Positions 10,946 to 22,362 of a DNA stretch of 32,000 nt are shown piece after piece. Position numbers and translations under genes: made by a program. The stretch is from contig NC_002677.1 in the NCBI RefSeq assembly GCF_000195855.1, positions 2,160,001 to 2,192,000 on the forward strand, given 5' to 3'. Each line of letters starts with the position of its first letter. The first letter of the stretch is position 1. The stretch is from Mycobacterium leprae TN (GTDB lineage: Bacteria > Actinomycetota > Actinomycetes > Mycobacteriales > Mycobacteriaceae). The notes beneath the pieces were generated by a model. That model was not told the DNA's origin. It was given only the letters and a program-made list of their open reading frames with translations, and did no database searches.

Positions 10946-11511
10946 GGCCAGGCTGCTTCCCTCGATACTTTCCCGCCCCGGCTCCGACGCCAGTGCTGGT
11001 CAAAAAAACCGTCTGAACTTTTCAAAGGGTGGTACCGCCCGCCCTTGGCCCAGTACACCTTACCGGCCGGGAAAGGAGGAGGTCAAAATCCGGATTTCGC
11101 CGACAGCACAAGTCGAAACCACCCTGTCAGTACGACAGGAGTCTATACGCTCGCATGTCGAAGCGCAACGTGAACAAAGCAACTCCTAGATAACCTAAAT
11201 CTTTTTCTCACGTAAGCTAAGTCAGATCAAAAAGAAAGATCAACCACGCTGGCTCAGTCACAAGCTGACCACCTGGATCAGCGATCGCTGTATCCGGCAC
11301 AGTGTCGGTTGGCCCGGCCGTGCGCTTTGCACGGCGCTGCCGACAACACAGCGGACCCCCGGCAACATCTGTTGACCAAATCACTTGGTCACTGAGATCG
11401 TATCGACGTCATTGTCCAAATCATCACTGCAATCGAGGTCAGTGGACCGCAGACAGGGAGTCTAACGCCGGCCGGGACAACAATGGTTGCCGATTCGTCT
11501 AATCTGCCTGA

Positions 11512-12720
11512 GTGACTTCTAATCCGCTCGAACAACTAACGATAGAACAACTGCAATGCCGCACCAGTATGAAGTGGCGCGCACATCCCGAAGACGTGTT
11601 GCCATTGTGGGTCGCGGAAATGGATGTGCTGCTAGCGCCGACGGTGGCCGAAGCCGTCCATCGTGCTGTCGACAACGGTGATACCGGTTATCCTTACGGA
11701 ACCACGTTCGCCGAGGCGATAAGTGAATTCGCTTCGCAGCGTTGGCAATGGCACGACCTAGACGTCAGCCGCACAGCAATCGTTCCCGACGTCATGCTTG
11801 GTGTCGTTGAGATGCTACGCCTGATCACTGATCGGGGTGACGGCGTCATAGTCAGCCCGCCAGTATACCCCCCGTTCTACGCCTTCGTGACACACGATGG
11901 CCGTCGGGTGCTCGAAGCACCGCTCGGCCGCGACGGCCGGCTTGACTTGGCCGCGTTGCAGGACGCGTTTTCGCGTGCCCGACGTTCGAGCGGACCCAAC
12001 GGAAAAGTCGCATACCTGTTATGTAATCCGCACAATCCGACCGGATCGGTGCACACCGTCGCCGAATTGCACGGGGTTGCCGAACTCGCCCGTCGGTTCG
12101 GTGTTCGGGTGATATCAGACGAAATTCACGCTCCGCTCGTCTTGTCCGGTGCGCGATTCACCCCATATCTGAGTATCCCCGGAGCAGAAAACGCGTTCGC
12201 CCTGATGTCAGCCACCAAGGGGTGGAACCTGTGCGGGTTGAAAGCGGCCATTGCCATCGCCGGTCGTGAAGCGGCCGCCGACCTTCGCCGGATACCAAAA
12301 GAGGTCAGCCACGGCCCCAGCCATCTGGGCATCATCGCGCATACCGCAGCCTTCCGCACCGGCAGCAGCTGGCTCGACGCGTTGTTGCAAGGTCTGGAAG
12401 CGAACCGCGCGTTGCTCAGAGATCTGGTCACCAAGCATTTACCCGGAGTGAGATATCAACGACCGCAGGGCACGTATCTGACTTGGCTGGATTGCCGACA
12501 CCTCGGTTTCGACGAGCAGATCAACGAAGGGCTTGCGGCAATCTCCGATCTATCCGGACCAGCCCGCTGGTTCCTCGACCACTCGCGTGTGGCCCTCACT
12601 TCCGGCCACGCCTTCGGAACAGGCGGAGTCGGACACGTACGCGTGAACTTCGCGACCTCCCAAGCAATCCTCATCGAGGCCCTATCGCGAATGGGTCGAG
12701 CACTCGTCAATTTCCGATAA
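11512..12720 (+). CDS. Class I/II PLP-dependent aminotransferase, MalY/PatB cystathionine beta-lyase type (Rv2294-like)
   Basis: Intact 402-aa ORF from the GTG at 11512; [64 protein letters not shown] (PLP lysine) and HVRVNFATS. Confidence 0.9.
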   Translation: MTSNPLEQLTIEQLQCRTSMKWRAHPEDVLPLWVAEMDVLLAPTVAEAVHRAVDNGDTGYPYGTTFAEAISEFASQRWQWHDLDVSRTAIVPDVMLGVVEMLRLITDRGDGVIVSPPVYPPFYAFVTHDGRRVLEAPLGRDGRLDLAALQDAFSRARRSSGPNGKVAYLLCNPHNPTGSVHTVAELHGVAELARRFGVRVISDEIHAPLVLSGARFTPYLSIPGAENAFALMSATKGWNLCGLKAAIAIAGREAAADLRRIPKEVSHGPSHLGIIAHTAAFRTGSSWLDALLQGLEANRALLRDLVTKHLPGVRYQRPQGTYLTWLDCRHLGFDEQINEGLAAISDLSGPARWFLDHSRVALTSGHAFGTGGVGHVRVNFATSQAILIEALSRMGRALVNFR

Positions 12721-13379
12721 TCGTCCGGTAGCGCGCTGCAAACCACGGCATCAGTGTTACGCAGCCTCGGCTAGCATGCGTGGTAAAATCACAGTACGAA
12801 CGGCTTCGACCCTTTGAAGCTGACCAAATCTCGTTAGCATACCGACCCGGGTCAGAACCGGTTTGATCGTCGCAGAGAAGGTGATCTGCAGCCCATTTCA
12901 GTACAGCGTCCCGGTGAGAAGTACCCTCAGGCAGGGAGCTCGCCGTGGGCGGGTCTGGACGACACCATCTATATCTATCCCTGGCACATCTCAGACGGCA
13001 TCGTGGCAAGTCGATTCCGCACCTAAATCCACCGACGTTAGCTGAATGTGCCCAACGAGTTACCAGCGACAAATGTTCGAAGTGGTGCCCCGAGCGCCTG
13101 GCCTAGCAGGAATCGCGGTGGCTATATCACTACGGCGATGCCGTTGCTTTCCCGGGTCTGGTTGGCTACCCGGAGCTAGGCGAGTTCCCGAACGCTTTAG
13201 AATGCCTACGTAATGATATGCGTAGCTCGAACAGCCCTGCCGCAAGTCCTTATGGGCCTATCCACGACCAGAACATCAAGTTACCAAGCCATAGATTAGC
13301 TGCGTGAAAACCGCCAACTCAACCTCAGCCTAAGCGATCACCGCCGCATTCTGGCGACGATGTCATTCGACTAAACAAC

Positions 13380-13725
13380 AAGCACACCATCGATCGACTC
13401 GTAGCAACGCTGACTCCATAGCGCACAGCGGTAAAGGACTTCCAGCACCCACAACCGGATACAGGTGCCCTCACCAACGGAATTGCAACTTGATACCGTC
13501 TGTCTTCCTCGTGACGCGTTCTTCAAACCGACCGAAATACCCCCCGCATTAAAAGCCGACGGCCGCATCGCGGCAGAACAGACCACCCCCGTATCCACGG
13601 GGCATACCCATCAATGGTCGTCCCAGGCGAGCGGGTCAACAACGCCGTGATCGACCACCTGCGGTCAGGCGCAGAGGCGCGCATAGCCCTGCCGGATCCC
13701 GCCGATCCCAATGCGTAACAATTCC
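13380..13725 (+). pseudogene. C-terminal remnant of an Orn/Lys/Arg decarboxylase
   Basis: QLDTVCLPRDAFFKPTEIPPALKADGRIAAEQTTPVSTGIP, then after a frameshift VVPGERVNNAVIDHLRSGAEARIALPDPADPNA. This matches the conserved C-terminal layout (RDAFF, GRIAAEQ.TPYPPGIP, PGE). Confidence 0.65.
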
Positions 13726-13845
13726 GTGTAGTTTTTTAAACAGAACCGCAAAGTGCCGCGTACTAAGGTTCACGGCGGCGGCCGGTCGTATGTGGGCTTA
13801 GATCCCGTAGCCTCCATAGCGTTACACAACCTACTGTTGGTATAT

Positions 13846-14148
13846 CACAAATCGGTATTAGTTTGCGATAGCGCTGCGTTGTTGTCTTCAAGGTTAAGCA
13901 TACGAGCAATACCAGCCAGATTGATACCGGCGTCTACCAGCGGACTGATGCGCTGCAACCGGGCCAAATCGTCGGCACTATAGCGCGCCGGGCTCCGCTG
14001 TCACTTCGAGCCGGCCTGAATAGCCCGCAGCGTTCATAGAGCCGCAGCGACGGCACCGGGAACGCCGGAAAGTTCGGCCGCTACCGATGATGTCGTATAC
14101 GCTGCGTTGCAGTGCCGACGTACCCGTGCCGGCACTACAATCGGTCAT
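13846..14148 (-). pseudogene. MerR/HspR-like regulator, frame-broken, divergent from hsp18
   Basis: aggag RBS and ATG at 14148 (MTDCSAGTGTS..). SVAAELSGVPGAV then a stop, TLRAIQAGS, then YSADDLARLQRISPLVDAGINLAGIARMLNLEDNNAALSQTNTDL*. Matches the MerR effector-helix layout in several frames. Confidence 0.75.
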
Positions 14149-14296
14149 GAGCAATCTCCTCAGCTGTTCAGACAGAAAACTTGTCTATCACAACTTGCAT
14201 CAATATATCGACCAGTGCTATATCAAATCTATGTAGTCAGGAACAGCTATATAGTTATAGTTTGTCACAACAGATTGGAGTGCGAGGTGACCACAC

Positions 14297-14743
14297 ATGC
14301 TGATGCGTACTGACCCGTTCCGTGAACTGGACCGCTTCGCCGAGCAAGTGTTAGGTACGTCTGCCCGCCCAGCAGTAATGCCCATGGACGCTTGGCGTGA
14401 GGGCGAAGAATTCGTCGTCGAGTTCGACCTTCCTGGCATCAAAGCCGATTCACTGGACATTGACATCGAACGCAACGTAGTCACCGTGCGGGCCGAGCGC
14501 CCAGGCGTCGACCCCGATCGGGAAATGCTTGCTGCCGAGCGGCCACGCGGTGTGTTCAATCGTCAGCTGGTTCTCGGCGAAAACCTCGACACCGAACGGA
14601 TCTTGGCTTCCTACCAAGAAGGTGTCCTGAAGTTGTCGATACCAGTAGCCGAAAGGGCTAAACCGCGCAAGATCTCCGTTGATCGTGGCAACAACGGACA
14701 CCAGACCATAAACAAAACCGCACACGAAATCATAGATGCCTAA
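14297..14743 (+). CDS. hsp18: 18 kDa antigen, small heat-shock protein of the Hsp20/alpha-crystallin family
   Basis: Intact 148-aa protein [90 protein letters not shown], recognised from memory as M. leprae 18 kDa antigen. Confidence 0.97.
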   Translation: MLMRTDPFRELDRFAEQVLGTSARPAVMPMDAWREGEEFVVEFDLPGIKADSLDIDIERNVVTVRAERPGVDPDREMLAAERPRGVFNRQLVLGENLDTERILASYQEGVLKLSIPVAERAKPRKISVDRGNNGHQTINKTAHEIIDA

Positions 14744-14763
14744 TCGACTGTTGTTTGCGCAAC

Positions 14764-14787
14764 AAGCTAAGCACGAAGCTAAGCACG
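14764..14787. repeat. Perfect tandem duplication of a 12-mer (aagctaagcacg x2)
   Basis: Read directly: aagctaagcacg aagctaagcacg, 21 bp after the hsp18 stop codon. Confidence 0.9.
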
Positions 14788-15138
14788 CCGCTGCGGTCAA
14801 AAGCCCGTCTTAGCCATGGATCTTTAAAGTATCCGAACATTTCGGTTGCTGGCCGCAGATGTGCGAGAATCACCACGACAACAACTAGGCATTTAAGTGA
14901 ATCGGCAATGCGATGCCATTTGACGACAGCGTCATAATTGGTGATACGGGCGGCTCCCCAGCTAGATACTTCGGGAGCTGTCCCTGGCTTCGACGGGTAG
15001 TGTAGTACTGTTTGTCCTGATGCTGCTATCGGCCGGGTATCTGGTGGGGATACGTGTACACCCCTCTTATAGCGGTGTGCTGATGGGTATAGCCTCAGTC
15101 ATCCACAGCGACGTGGACACGAGGAGGCAAGTTTGACG

Positions 15139-15765
15139 ATGAATTGGAAGTTCAACGGCCAGTCGACCGAGGTCGAACAGGCCCTGCCGAGCTGCTCACC
15201 ACAACAAATAGAACAAATAGGGTGGTTCTGCTTCTATTGCACCGACCAACAGTAGGAATGGTCTGAACAGGTGCAACGGATACACAGGTACAAGCCCGGC
15301 AATGTCGTCCCTAACTACCGACCTGATGCTCACCCACAGGCACCTCAACGACCGCGGTCAAGTAGCGGCCACCATTGACGAAATCCTGAACACACATAAG
15401 TTATTCAGCACCCGTCACCGGATTATCGACACCAGCGAAAATGTGGACAACGTCATCGTAATTGCTGATCAGCTGTTCGACGACCGAGGAGCAACGATCG
15501 GAACGTATGATTTCTACATCGATGTTTCGGCCCTACCGGAACAAGTGCACGAGGGCATCGTCATAGCGAGACTAGCCAAGAGCACCCAAAACCGAGCGGG
15601 AATCGAGCAGACCAAGAGCATGTTGATGCTGATCGATGGTATAACCTACGACACCCCGTTCAACCTGCTCAAATACGCTGTCCCAGGAAACCAACATCAA
15701 GCTGCGGCTGGCTAGCCAAAAAGATCTGGGAAGGTTTCCGCGGCGCCGGACCCGGTTTCAGTGCC
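15139..15765 (+). pseudogene. PAS-fold + ANTAR domain regulator, degenerate
   Basis: MNWKFNGQSTEVEQALPSCSPQQIEQIGWFCFYCTDQQ*EWSEQVQRIHRYKPGNVV, frameshift, TDLMLTHRHLNDRGQVAATIDEILNTHKLFSTRHRIIDTSENVDNVIVIADQLFDDRG..IARLAKSTQNRAGIEQTKSMLMLIDGITYDTPFNLLK, then another frameshift into SQETNIKLRL. Confidence 0.75.
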
Positions 15766-16299
15766 CAAGCAAGGCTCGACCAACTACTGTTGACAGGGCA
15801 TCTTCAAGTCCTTCTTGGAGACAACCTGACCGTACTCCAAGAAGCATGACGAGCGCGCACCACAACACGTTCACAGCGGAACAGATGTCCACCGATCAGA
15901 CGTACCCGTAACCGGGTACGGCCTGCAAACTCCGCGTTATTTGGGTTACAGGTACAGAATTGCTAGTGGCAAAGAGCAGCCGGGCTGCACTTCTCACCAC
16001 CACCGTGACTCAGGGCGTCAGAACCAGAGCAGAGGTCGCAGTGGATCGTGCCGGGTGACTGGCAGGCCACACCGAACAGCGTAGCGGCAGATTGGCATGG
16101 TTGTCACAGTCGACATAGCGAACAACTACATAGCAGTCTCCGTATCCCACCCCAGTTGAGTCACCGTGCTTCCTGTAGTACGGATTGCCGCGAGTACTTC
16201 GAACTGGGTTGTCCACATATGATCAGTGACTCGAGCGCAATCTTGCCCCAAGTGAAGCGGGACAATGCACAGTTCCAACCCGCAACACCCATCATCTCG

Positions 16300-16800
16300 T
16301 GAAAGACGTTGTTTTTCAAGTCTTTTCAACGAAATAACTCACTCAATGAGATCACCCGCTAGCCAGCACCATAACAGTTACGCCGTGCACGTATGTGCAT
16401 CCCCAGCCAGTCTTCCTTGGTGGTGCTGCGCAAACCCGACCAGCCGGCGTGTTGTTTAACCACCTCACGAACGGTCAGCGCTAACTTGCCATTGGCTCCG
16501 AACAGTTAGCCAATACTCGTCAACCGGCGCGTCATACTCGATCAATCCCCCAGCCGACGAGCCGGTGAATGACGTTAGCCGCCAACCTTTTGGTCGCAGA
16601 GAACACCATCCGGACAGTATCAGCCGCTCGTAAGCACCTGGCCGCGCCGATCCACGCACCCGGTCCGACATGTCGACGATCAGTTGAACATGGCCAGTGC
16701 TCCTCCGCCGAATCAACGCCCGGGGAACAGGGTCACAAAACTACGAACGACGCAAGCAAAGTTTGAGTCCGCCGCTCCGAACAAACGATGACCAGCGTTA
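16300..16800 (-). pseudogene. Beta-lactamase-fold esterase (LipL, Rv1497-like) remnant
   Basis: Minus strand 16630-16560 reads DTVRMVFSATKRLAANVIHRL (SxxK motif SATK); nearby in other frames YDAPVDEYWLT, NGKLALTVREVVKQHAG and RSGLRSTTKEDWL. Lies just downstream of meaB as in M. tuberculosis. Boundaries approximate. Confidence 0.65.
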
Positions 16801-16918
16801 AAGGCGTCGTGAGGACGGGTACACACGGCGATCGACTTGAGCTTACACCTTCACACTTCGTGAATTTACGATGATTGCACATCAGTCATGAGCAAACGAT
16901 AATTAACTTACCTTTCCA

Positions 16919-17902
16919 TTAGCAGGATGCTGCCTGCAGGATTTGCTGGGCCGCCATCGCGGGAGTCAGCTCCCCTGCTCGCACCTGACACTCCAGCTCA
17001 GCACGAATCTCACGCACCGCGGGGTTGGACAGCACCCGGTCTAGCACCGCGTCACGGACCATCTGCCAAGCCCACTCGACTTGCTGGGCCAGTCGACGGT
17101 TCTCAAACTCGCCGGAGGCAGTAAGCACTTGACGATGACATTCGACCGCTTCCCACATCTGGGTCAGACCGGTCCCCTCAGTCGCACTAATCGTGAAAAC
17201 TTTTGGTCTCCAAATTTTTTCGTGTGTATAGATCAATCGGAGTGCCGATGACAGGTCCCGAGCAGCTAGCCGAGCATCGCGCAGATGCTCCCCATCGGCC
17301 TTGTTCACCACCACGATGTCGGCCAGCTCCAGCACGCCTTTTTTGATGCCCTGCAACTGATCGCCGGTACGCGCCAAGGCCAACAAAACGAAGGTGTCGA
17401 CCATATTAGCCACCGCTACCTCAGACTGTCCGACGCCTACAGTTTCGATCAGAATTACATCAAAACCAGCCGCCTCCAACAGGACAACTGTTTCCCGAGT
17501 GGCCTTCGTCACCCCGCCCAACGTGCCCGATGTCGGCGATGGCCGGATATAGGCGTCCGGGTGTACCGCTAGCCGCGCCATCCGGGTCTTGTCGCCAAGG
17601 ATGGATCCACCGGTACGGACCGATGATGGGTCGACGGCCAGCACCGCCACTCGATGACCCCGTTCGATCAGATGCATGCCAAGCGCCTCAATGGCGGTGG
17701 ACTTTCCTACCCCGGGCACCCCGGTGATGCCCACCCGATGGGCGTTTCCAGCATCCGGTTGCAATGCCAGCAGCAGCTGCTGCGCCTGCTCACGATGGTC
17801 GGAGCGAGTGGACTCCACCAACGTTATAGCCCGCGGCAATGCCACGCGATCACCACTACGGACAGCAGCGACTAGTCTGTCCACGGTGCTGTCCCCCGCC
17901 AT
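16919..17902 (-). CDS. meaB: MeaB/ArgK-type GTPase chaperone of methylmalonyl-CoA mutase (Rv1496-like)
   Basis: Intact 327 aa; GITGVPGVGKSTAIEALG, AVDPSSVRTGGSILGDKTRM, ILIETVGVGQSEVAVANMVD and VVNKADG. Confidence 0.92.
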   Translation of the reverse strand: MAGDSTVDRLVAAVRSGDRVALPRAITLVESTRSDHREQAQQLLLALQPDAGNAHRVGITGVPGVGKSTAIEALGMHLIERGHRVAVLAVDPSSVRTGGSILGDKTRMARLAVHPDAYIRPSPTSGTLGGVTKATRETVVLLEAAGFDVILIETVGVGQSEVAVANMVDTFVLLALARTGDQLQGIKKGVLELADIVVVNKADGEHLRDARLAARDLSSALRLIYTHEKIWRPKVFTISATEGTGLTQMWEAVECHRQVLTASGEFENRRLAQQVEWAWQMVRDAVLDRVLSNPAVREIRAELECQVRAGELTPAMAAQQILQAASC

Positions 17903-20179
17903 CTAGGTGAGAGTGTACCCCAGCCGGCCGGCGAGCTTATGCAGCAAGCCAATTGCGGCGTAGGCTATCACCGTCCCAGGAGGGAAGATGGCAGTAGCCC
18001 CGGCAGCATACAACTCATCAAAGTCATCAGGCGGGATCACGCCGCCCACCACAATCATGATGTCAGGCCGGCCCACGTCAGCAAGCGCGTCTCGGAGCGC
18101 CGGCACCAGCGTCAGGTGGCCAGCGGCCAGCGACGACACACCTATCACATGCACATCGTTGTCGGCAGCCTGGCGGGCGACCTCTTCGGGCGTGGAGAAC
18201 AGCGATCCGACATCGACGTCAAACCCGAGGTCGGCGAATGCCGTCGCAACAACCTTCTGCCCGCGGTCGTGGCCGTCCTGGCCCATCTTGGCCACCAGAA
18301 TCCTGGGTCGACGACCATCAGCCTCGGCGAATTTTTTGACTAGTTCTGTAGCGTTTGCGATATCGGTGGCCTTCCCAGCTTCTCCCACTTCCCGACGGTA
18401 GACCCCGGTGATGGTACGGATCTTCGCTTGGTGACGCCCATATACTCTCTCCAGCGCATCGGAGATCTCGCCGACAGTAGCTTGAACCCGGGCCGCGTTG
18501 ATAGCAAGCGCCAACAAATTATCTCCGGCACGGCCGTGGGCCCCAGCGGCACCAGACAGCTCGGCCAGAGCCGCGTCGACCGCCAACTGATCCCGGTTTG
18601 CCCGCAGCTGCTGCAATTTGGCCACTTGTTCAGCACGCACCCGACTGTTCTCGACTTTGAGTACCTCAATCTCGTGATCCTGGTCGACTTGGTACTTGTT
18701 GACCCCGACCACCGGCTGACGCCCGGAGTCGATGCGGGCCTGGGTGCGCGCAGCAGCCTCCTCGATGCGCAGCTTGGGGATGCCGTCGCTGATAGCCGCA
18801 GCCATGCCGCCATGCTCGGCAACCTCGGCGATATGAGTACGAGCACGGGCAGCCAGTTGATGGGTCAGCCACTCCACATAGTAAGAGCCTCCCCACGGGT
18901 CAATCGGCCGCGTAGTGCCCGACTCCTGTTGCAATACAAGCTGAGTATTGCGGGCGATCCGGGCGGAAAAGTCCGTTGGCAGCGCCAACGCCTCGTCCAA
19001 CGCGTTGGTGTGCAGCGACTGGGTATGGCCCTGTGTTGCGGCCATCGCCTCGATACAGGTGCGGGCTACGTTGTTGAACGGGTCCTGGGCGGTCAACGAC
19101 CATCCAGAGGTTTGCGAATGGGTGCGCAGTGATAGGGATTTTGGGCTTTGGGGTCCAAATTTGGCGACCAGTTCACTCCATAACAGCCGGCCAGCACGCA
19201 GTTTGGCAACTTCCATGAAGAAGTTCATCCCGATGCCCCAAAAGAAGGACAACCGCGGCGCAAAAGTGTCAATGTCCAGCCCAGCGTCCAAGCCCGCCTT
19301 GATGTAGTCGACACCATCGGCCAAGGTATATGCCAGTTCCAAATCCGCTGTGGCGCCTGCTTCTTGTATATGGTAGCCAGAGATCGAGATGGAGTTGAAC
19401 TTCGGCATCTTGGCGCTGGTGTAGGCGAATATATCGGATATGATCCGCATCGATGGCTCAGGTGGGTAGATGTAGGTGTTGCGGACCATGAACTCTTTGA
19501 GGATATCGTTTTGAATAGTGCCTGCCAGCTTCTCCGGAGGAACACCCTGTTCCTCAGCTGCTACCACATACAGCGCCAGGATCGGCAGCACAGCACCGTT
19601 CATCGTCATCGATACCGAAACCGCTGAGAGGTCTATGCCATCGAACAATTGTCGCATGTCGAGGATAGAATCGATTGCCACACCAGCCATTCCGACATCA
19701 CCCTGGACACGAGGATGGTCGGAGTCGTACCCGCGGTGAGTAGCCAGGTCGAAGGCTACCGACAGGCCCTTCTGGCCGGCTGCCAGGTTCCGACGGTAAA
19801 ATGCGTTGGAATCTGCGGCGGTGGAAAACCCAGCGTATTGACGGATTGTCCACGGCTGGTTGACATACATCGTCGGATAAGGTCCGCGCAGGTAAGGCGG
19901 CTCACCGGGGAAGCTATGCAACGGGTAGCCGCCGGCCTCGGCGGCGGCACGGTCGGCAGCGATGTAGACCGGTTTGACGTCGATACCTTCCGGCGTATGC
20001 CAGTGCAGTTGATCAACTGTGTACCCGTGTGCTGAAGCGGCTGAGAAAACATGCTTTTCGACCGCAGCTTCGGAGGGTGGCCACACGACACGATCGCTGC
20101 GCAGCGGGATATCGGCGAAACTGCCGACCACGAATGTAGTTTCTCTATCCTGCTGGCCGCCGACGTCACGCACAGTCAT
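17903..20179 (-). CDS. mutB: Methylmalonyl-CoA mutase large subunit (MutB)
   Basis: Intact 758 aa; [58 protein letters not shown] and the C-terminal cobalamin-binding motif [33 protein letters not shown]. Confidence 0.97.
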   Translation of the reverse strand: MTVRDVGGQQDRETTFVVGSFADIPLRSDRVVWPPSEAAVEKHVFSAASAHGYTVDQLHWHTPEGIDVKPVYIAADRAAAEAGGYPLHSFPGEPPYLRGPYPTMYVNQPWTIRQYAGFSTAADSNAFYRRNLAAGQKGLSVAFDLATHRGYDSDHPRVQGDVGMAGVAIDSILDMRQLFDGIDLSAVSVSMTMNGAVLPILALYVVAAEEQGVPPEKLAGTIQNDILKEFMVRNTYIYPPEPSMRIISDIFAYTSAKMPKFNSISISGYHIQEAGATADLELAYTLADGVDYIKAGLDAGLDIDTFAPRLSFFWGIGMNFFMEVAKLRAGRLLWSELVAKFGPQSPKSLSLRTHSQTSGWSLTAQDPFNNVARTCIEAMAATQGHTQSLHTNALDEALALPTDFSARIARNTQLVLQQESGTTRPIDPWGGSYYVEWLTHQLAARARTHIAEVAEHGGMAAAISDGIPKLRIEEAAARTQARIDSGRQPVVGVNKYQVDQDHEIEVLKVENSRVRAEQVAKLQQLRANRDQLAVDAALAELSGAAGAHGRAGDNLLALAINAARVQATVGEISDALERVYGRHQAKIRTITGVYRREVGEAGKATDIANATELVKKFAEADGRRPRILVAKMGQDGHDRGQKVVATAFADLGFDVDVGSLFSTPEEVARQAADNDVHVIGVSSLAAGHLTLVPALRDALADVGRPDIMIVVGGVIPPDDFDELYAAGATAIFPPGTVIAYAAIGLLHKLAGRLGYTLT

Positions 20180-20184
20180 CGTGG

Positions 20185-22095
20185 CTATGCCCCCAATCGA
20201 GTGAGCAGATTTGAAAGAGCTTCGACCGCATTAATTTTCGCAGTTATATATTCATCTGGCCGACTCTTTGCGTTGTTGATATCACCCAGCGCTTTCTCAG
20301 GTCCCGCCAGGTAGACCCACGACACCCCGGCGCCTCGCGCCGCCTCCACCACATCTGCGGCCTCATCCCGATAGCGCAAGTCTGTGCCACAGATAACCAC
20401 CACCATCGACGACCCGGCCATGAAACCAGCCTGCGCGACGGCTTGCACGACACCCGGTGCGTCCACTGATCCTAGGTTGATCGCCGCTATGCCGCCCGAA
20501 GCCAGCAGATTCGTCGCAAACGTCGCCCGAATGTTGTGCTCAGCCAGCGGGCCCAGCGGCAGCAACAGCACCTGCGGACGTGCACCGGTGCGGGCCAGAT
20601 AAGCATCCGAACGATCCCGCAGCGCTTCGAAACCGGCAGCGTAGCGCAGCAGGTTTCCCGCAGCAGTCGCCACAACAGGCGAACCGCCGTGCAGCAGAGC
20701 AGGCTCAGCTAAGTTCGGATATTCGTTGACACCGGTTATCGCGGTACGGCGATGCGCGATGTCGTCGGTACGGCGTGCGGCTGTTTCGTGGATCTGGCCG
20801 GCAAGGTAGTCACCGGCATCGACAAATCCACCGTAGGTCTCGATAGCCTGAAAATGCTGCCAGGCCTGCTGAGCCAGTTGTTCGGTGAGGTTCTCGACGA
20901 ACCAGGACCCTCCGGCCGGATCCAACACCCGGCCAACGTGTGACTCTTCCAACAGCAGCAGCTGGGTGTTACGGGCAATCCTACGCGCGAAGCTAGCCGC
21001 CATGCCAAGAAAGCCACCGGGAATCGCCACATCGAACGGGAACACCAACACGGTGTCGGCACCACCAACGCCTGCACCAAACGCGGCCAGCGTGCCGCGC
21101 AGCATGTTCACCCACGGGTCGCGCTGAGTCATCATCGGCAGCGACGTTTCCGCGTGCACAACTGCCGCGCCGCCTTCGGGGTCCCCCGCGACTTCTGCGA
21201 TACGCGCCCACAGTTGACGCACGGCGCGTATTTTAGCGATGGTCAAAAACTGATCGTCGTCGGCAGCTAGCCGAAAACTGATTTGCCGTAGCGCCTCGCT
21301 GACCGGCATCTTGGATTCTGTGAGCACCCGAAGGTAGGTCACCGCAGCCGCAATCGCAGCGGCGAGCTCCCATGTCGCGCTGGCCCCCAAATTGTGGAAA
21401 GCAGGCCCGTCGACGGTGATCGCCCGCACGCCACGGTCGCCGGCGACCCGTGCTGCGACTGCAACCACCTGGTCGATCGACGGGGCAGGACGACCGCTCA
21501 GCGACGCAGTCAGCGGGTCGGCACCCAGATCGATCGATAGCATTGTGCGCCGACTCGAGTCCAGCCTGGCCAGCAGGGCCAACACCGCATCACAGGCTTC
21601 GACGTAGTCAGCGCCCGCGTCAAGAATCACCGGGACCAAGTCCACGTACACACCGAGAAGCAGGCTGTCCAGCTGCCCAGGCGCTACCCCGGACTGGCCC
21701 ACCCGGATTCGCAGCGCGCTGACTCCCTCTGCTAGCGCAGCCAATATTGTAGCGTTGCTAGCCGTGCCCTCGTCGGCAGCCACCCCTGCGGTTGCCGGGT
21801 CGACCGGAAACACTTCGGTGACCTTCCAGCCGGAATGAACATCGCGTAACGCATCGCCACCGCGGCGGTAAGGCCACTCTCCTGGCAGCGACGATTCCGG
21901 CAACTCGTCGAACACGGTATACAGCGGCCGGATGGCGAACCCGTCGTAGGTCGCGGTGTCCAGTAGCCGCTCAGGCTGATCCCCAAACGTGGCAGGGTCT
22001 CTCCGCATGCTCCTCGAGAGCACACCAGCGACCGCACGTCGCCACCGCCCGCGAATCTGTTCCAGTTCGGCGAACTCGGGTACATCTACGAACAC
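20185..22095 (-). CDS. mutA: Methylmalonyl-CoA mutase small subunit (MutA)
   Basis: Intact 636 aa; [58 protein letters not shown] and [27 protein letters not shown]. Lies 5 bp upstream of mutB. Confidence 0.95.
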   Translation of the reverse strand: MFVDVPEFAELEQIRGRWRRAVAGVLSRSMRRDPATFGDQPERLLDTATYDGFAIRPLYTVFDELPESSLPGEWPYRRGGDALRDVHSGWKVTEVFPVDPATAGVAADEGTASNATILAALAEGVSALRIRVGQSGVAPGQLDSLLLGVYVDLVPVILDAGADYVEACDAVLALLARLDSSRRTMLSIDLGADPLTASLSGRPAPSIDQVVAVAARVAGDRGVRAITVDGPAFHNLGASATWELAAAIAAAVTYLRVLTESKMPVSEALRQISFRLAADDDQFLTIAKIRAVRQLWARIAEVAGDPEGGAAVVHAETSLPMMTQRDPWVNMLRGTLAAFGAGVGGADTVLVFPFDVAIPGGFLGMAASFARRIARNTQLLLLEESHVGRVLDPAGGSWFVENLTEQLAQQAWQHFQAIETYGGFVDAGDYLAGQIHETAARRTDDIAHRRTAITGVNEYPNLAEPALLHGGSPVVATAAGNLLRYAAGFEALRDRSDAYLARTGARPQVLLLPLGPLAEHNIRATFATNLLASGGIAAINLGSVDAPGVVQAVAQAGFMAGSSMVVVICGTDLRYRDEAADVVEAARGAGVSWVYLAGPEKALGDINNAKSRPDEYITAKINAVEALSNLLTRLGA

Positions 22096-22362
22096 CGACT
22101 GCTCCTATTTCCCAGCAATTGGCGAGCCCTTGATGCAGGGCTTCGAGGATGCCATTCGACCAATTAAAGCTAATTGATCGCGGCGATCGTAAAGCGCCGA
22201 AGTGAAGCGAGCCGGTCGGTCGGCGGCGAAACGCCAGCTATGAGAAACTAGATTACTTATCTGCCCCTCTTAGCCTTAGTAGACGTGACGAGGGCCGCCA
22301 CCTGTAAAACAGTCAGCAAGCTGCACAATCCTGCCGCTACGCAAGGCGCGGCCAAGCGTCAG

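Noticed and set aside
10476-11003. 175-aa minus-strand ORF as an intact gene
   Set aside because: The conserved kinase-like motifs are split between this frame and the 10670..10945 frame, so this is a frameshifted pseudogene.
12740-13300. ORFs 12707..13072 (-), 12863..13045 (+) and coding-like string YGDAVAFPGLVGYPELGEFPNALE near 13130
   Set aside because: Likely pseudogene debris, but no family could be recognised with confidence.
14450-14800. Minus-strand ORF of 116 aa and 14218..14559 minus-strand ORF
   Set aside because: Directly antisense to hsp18; shadow ORFs of a GC-rich gene.
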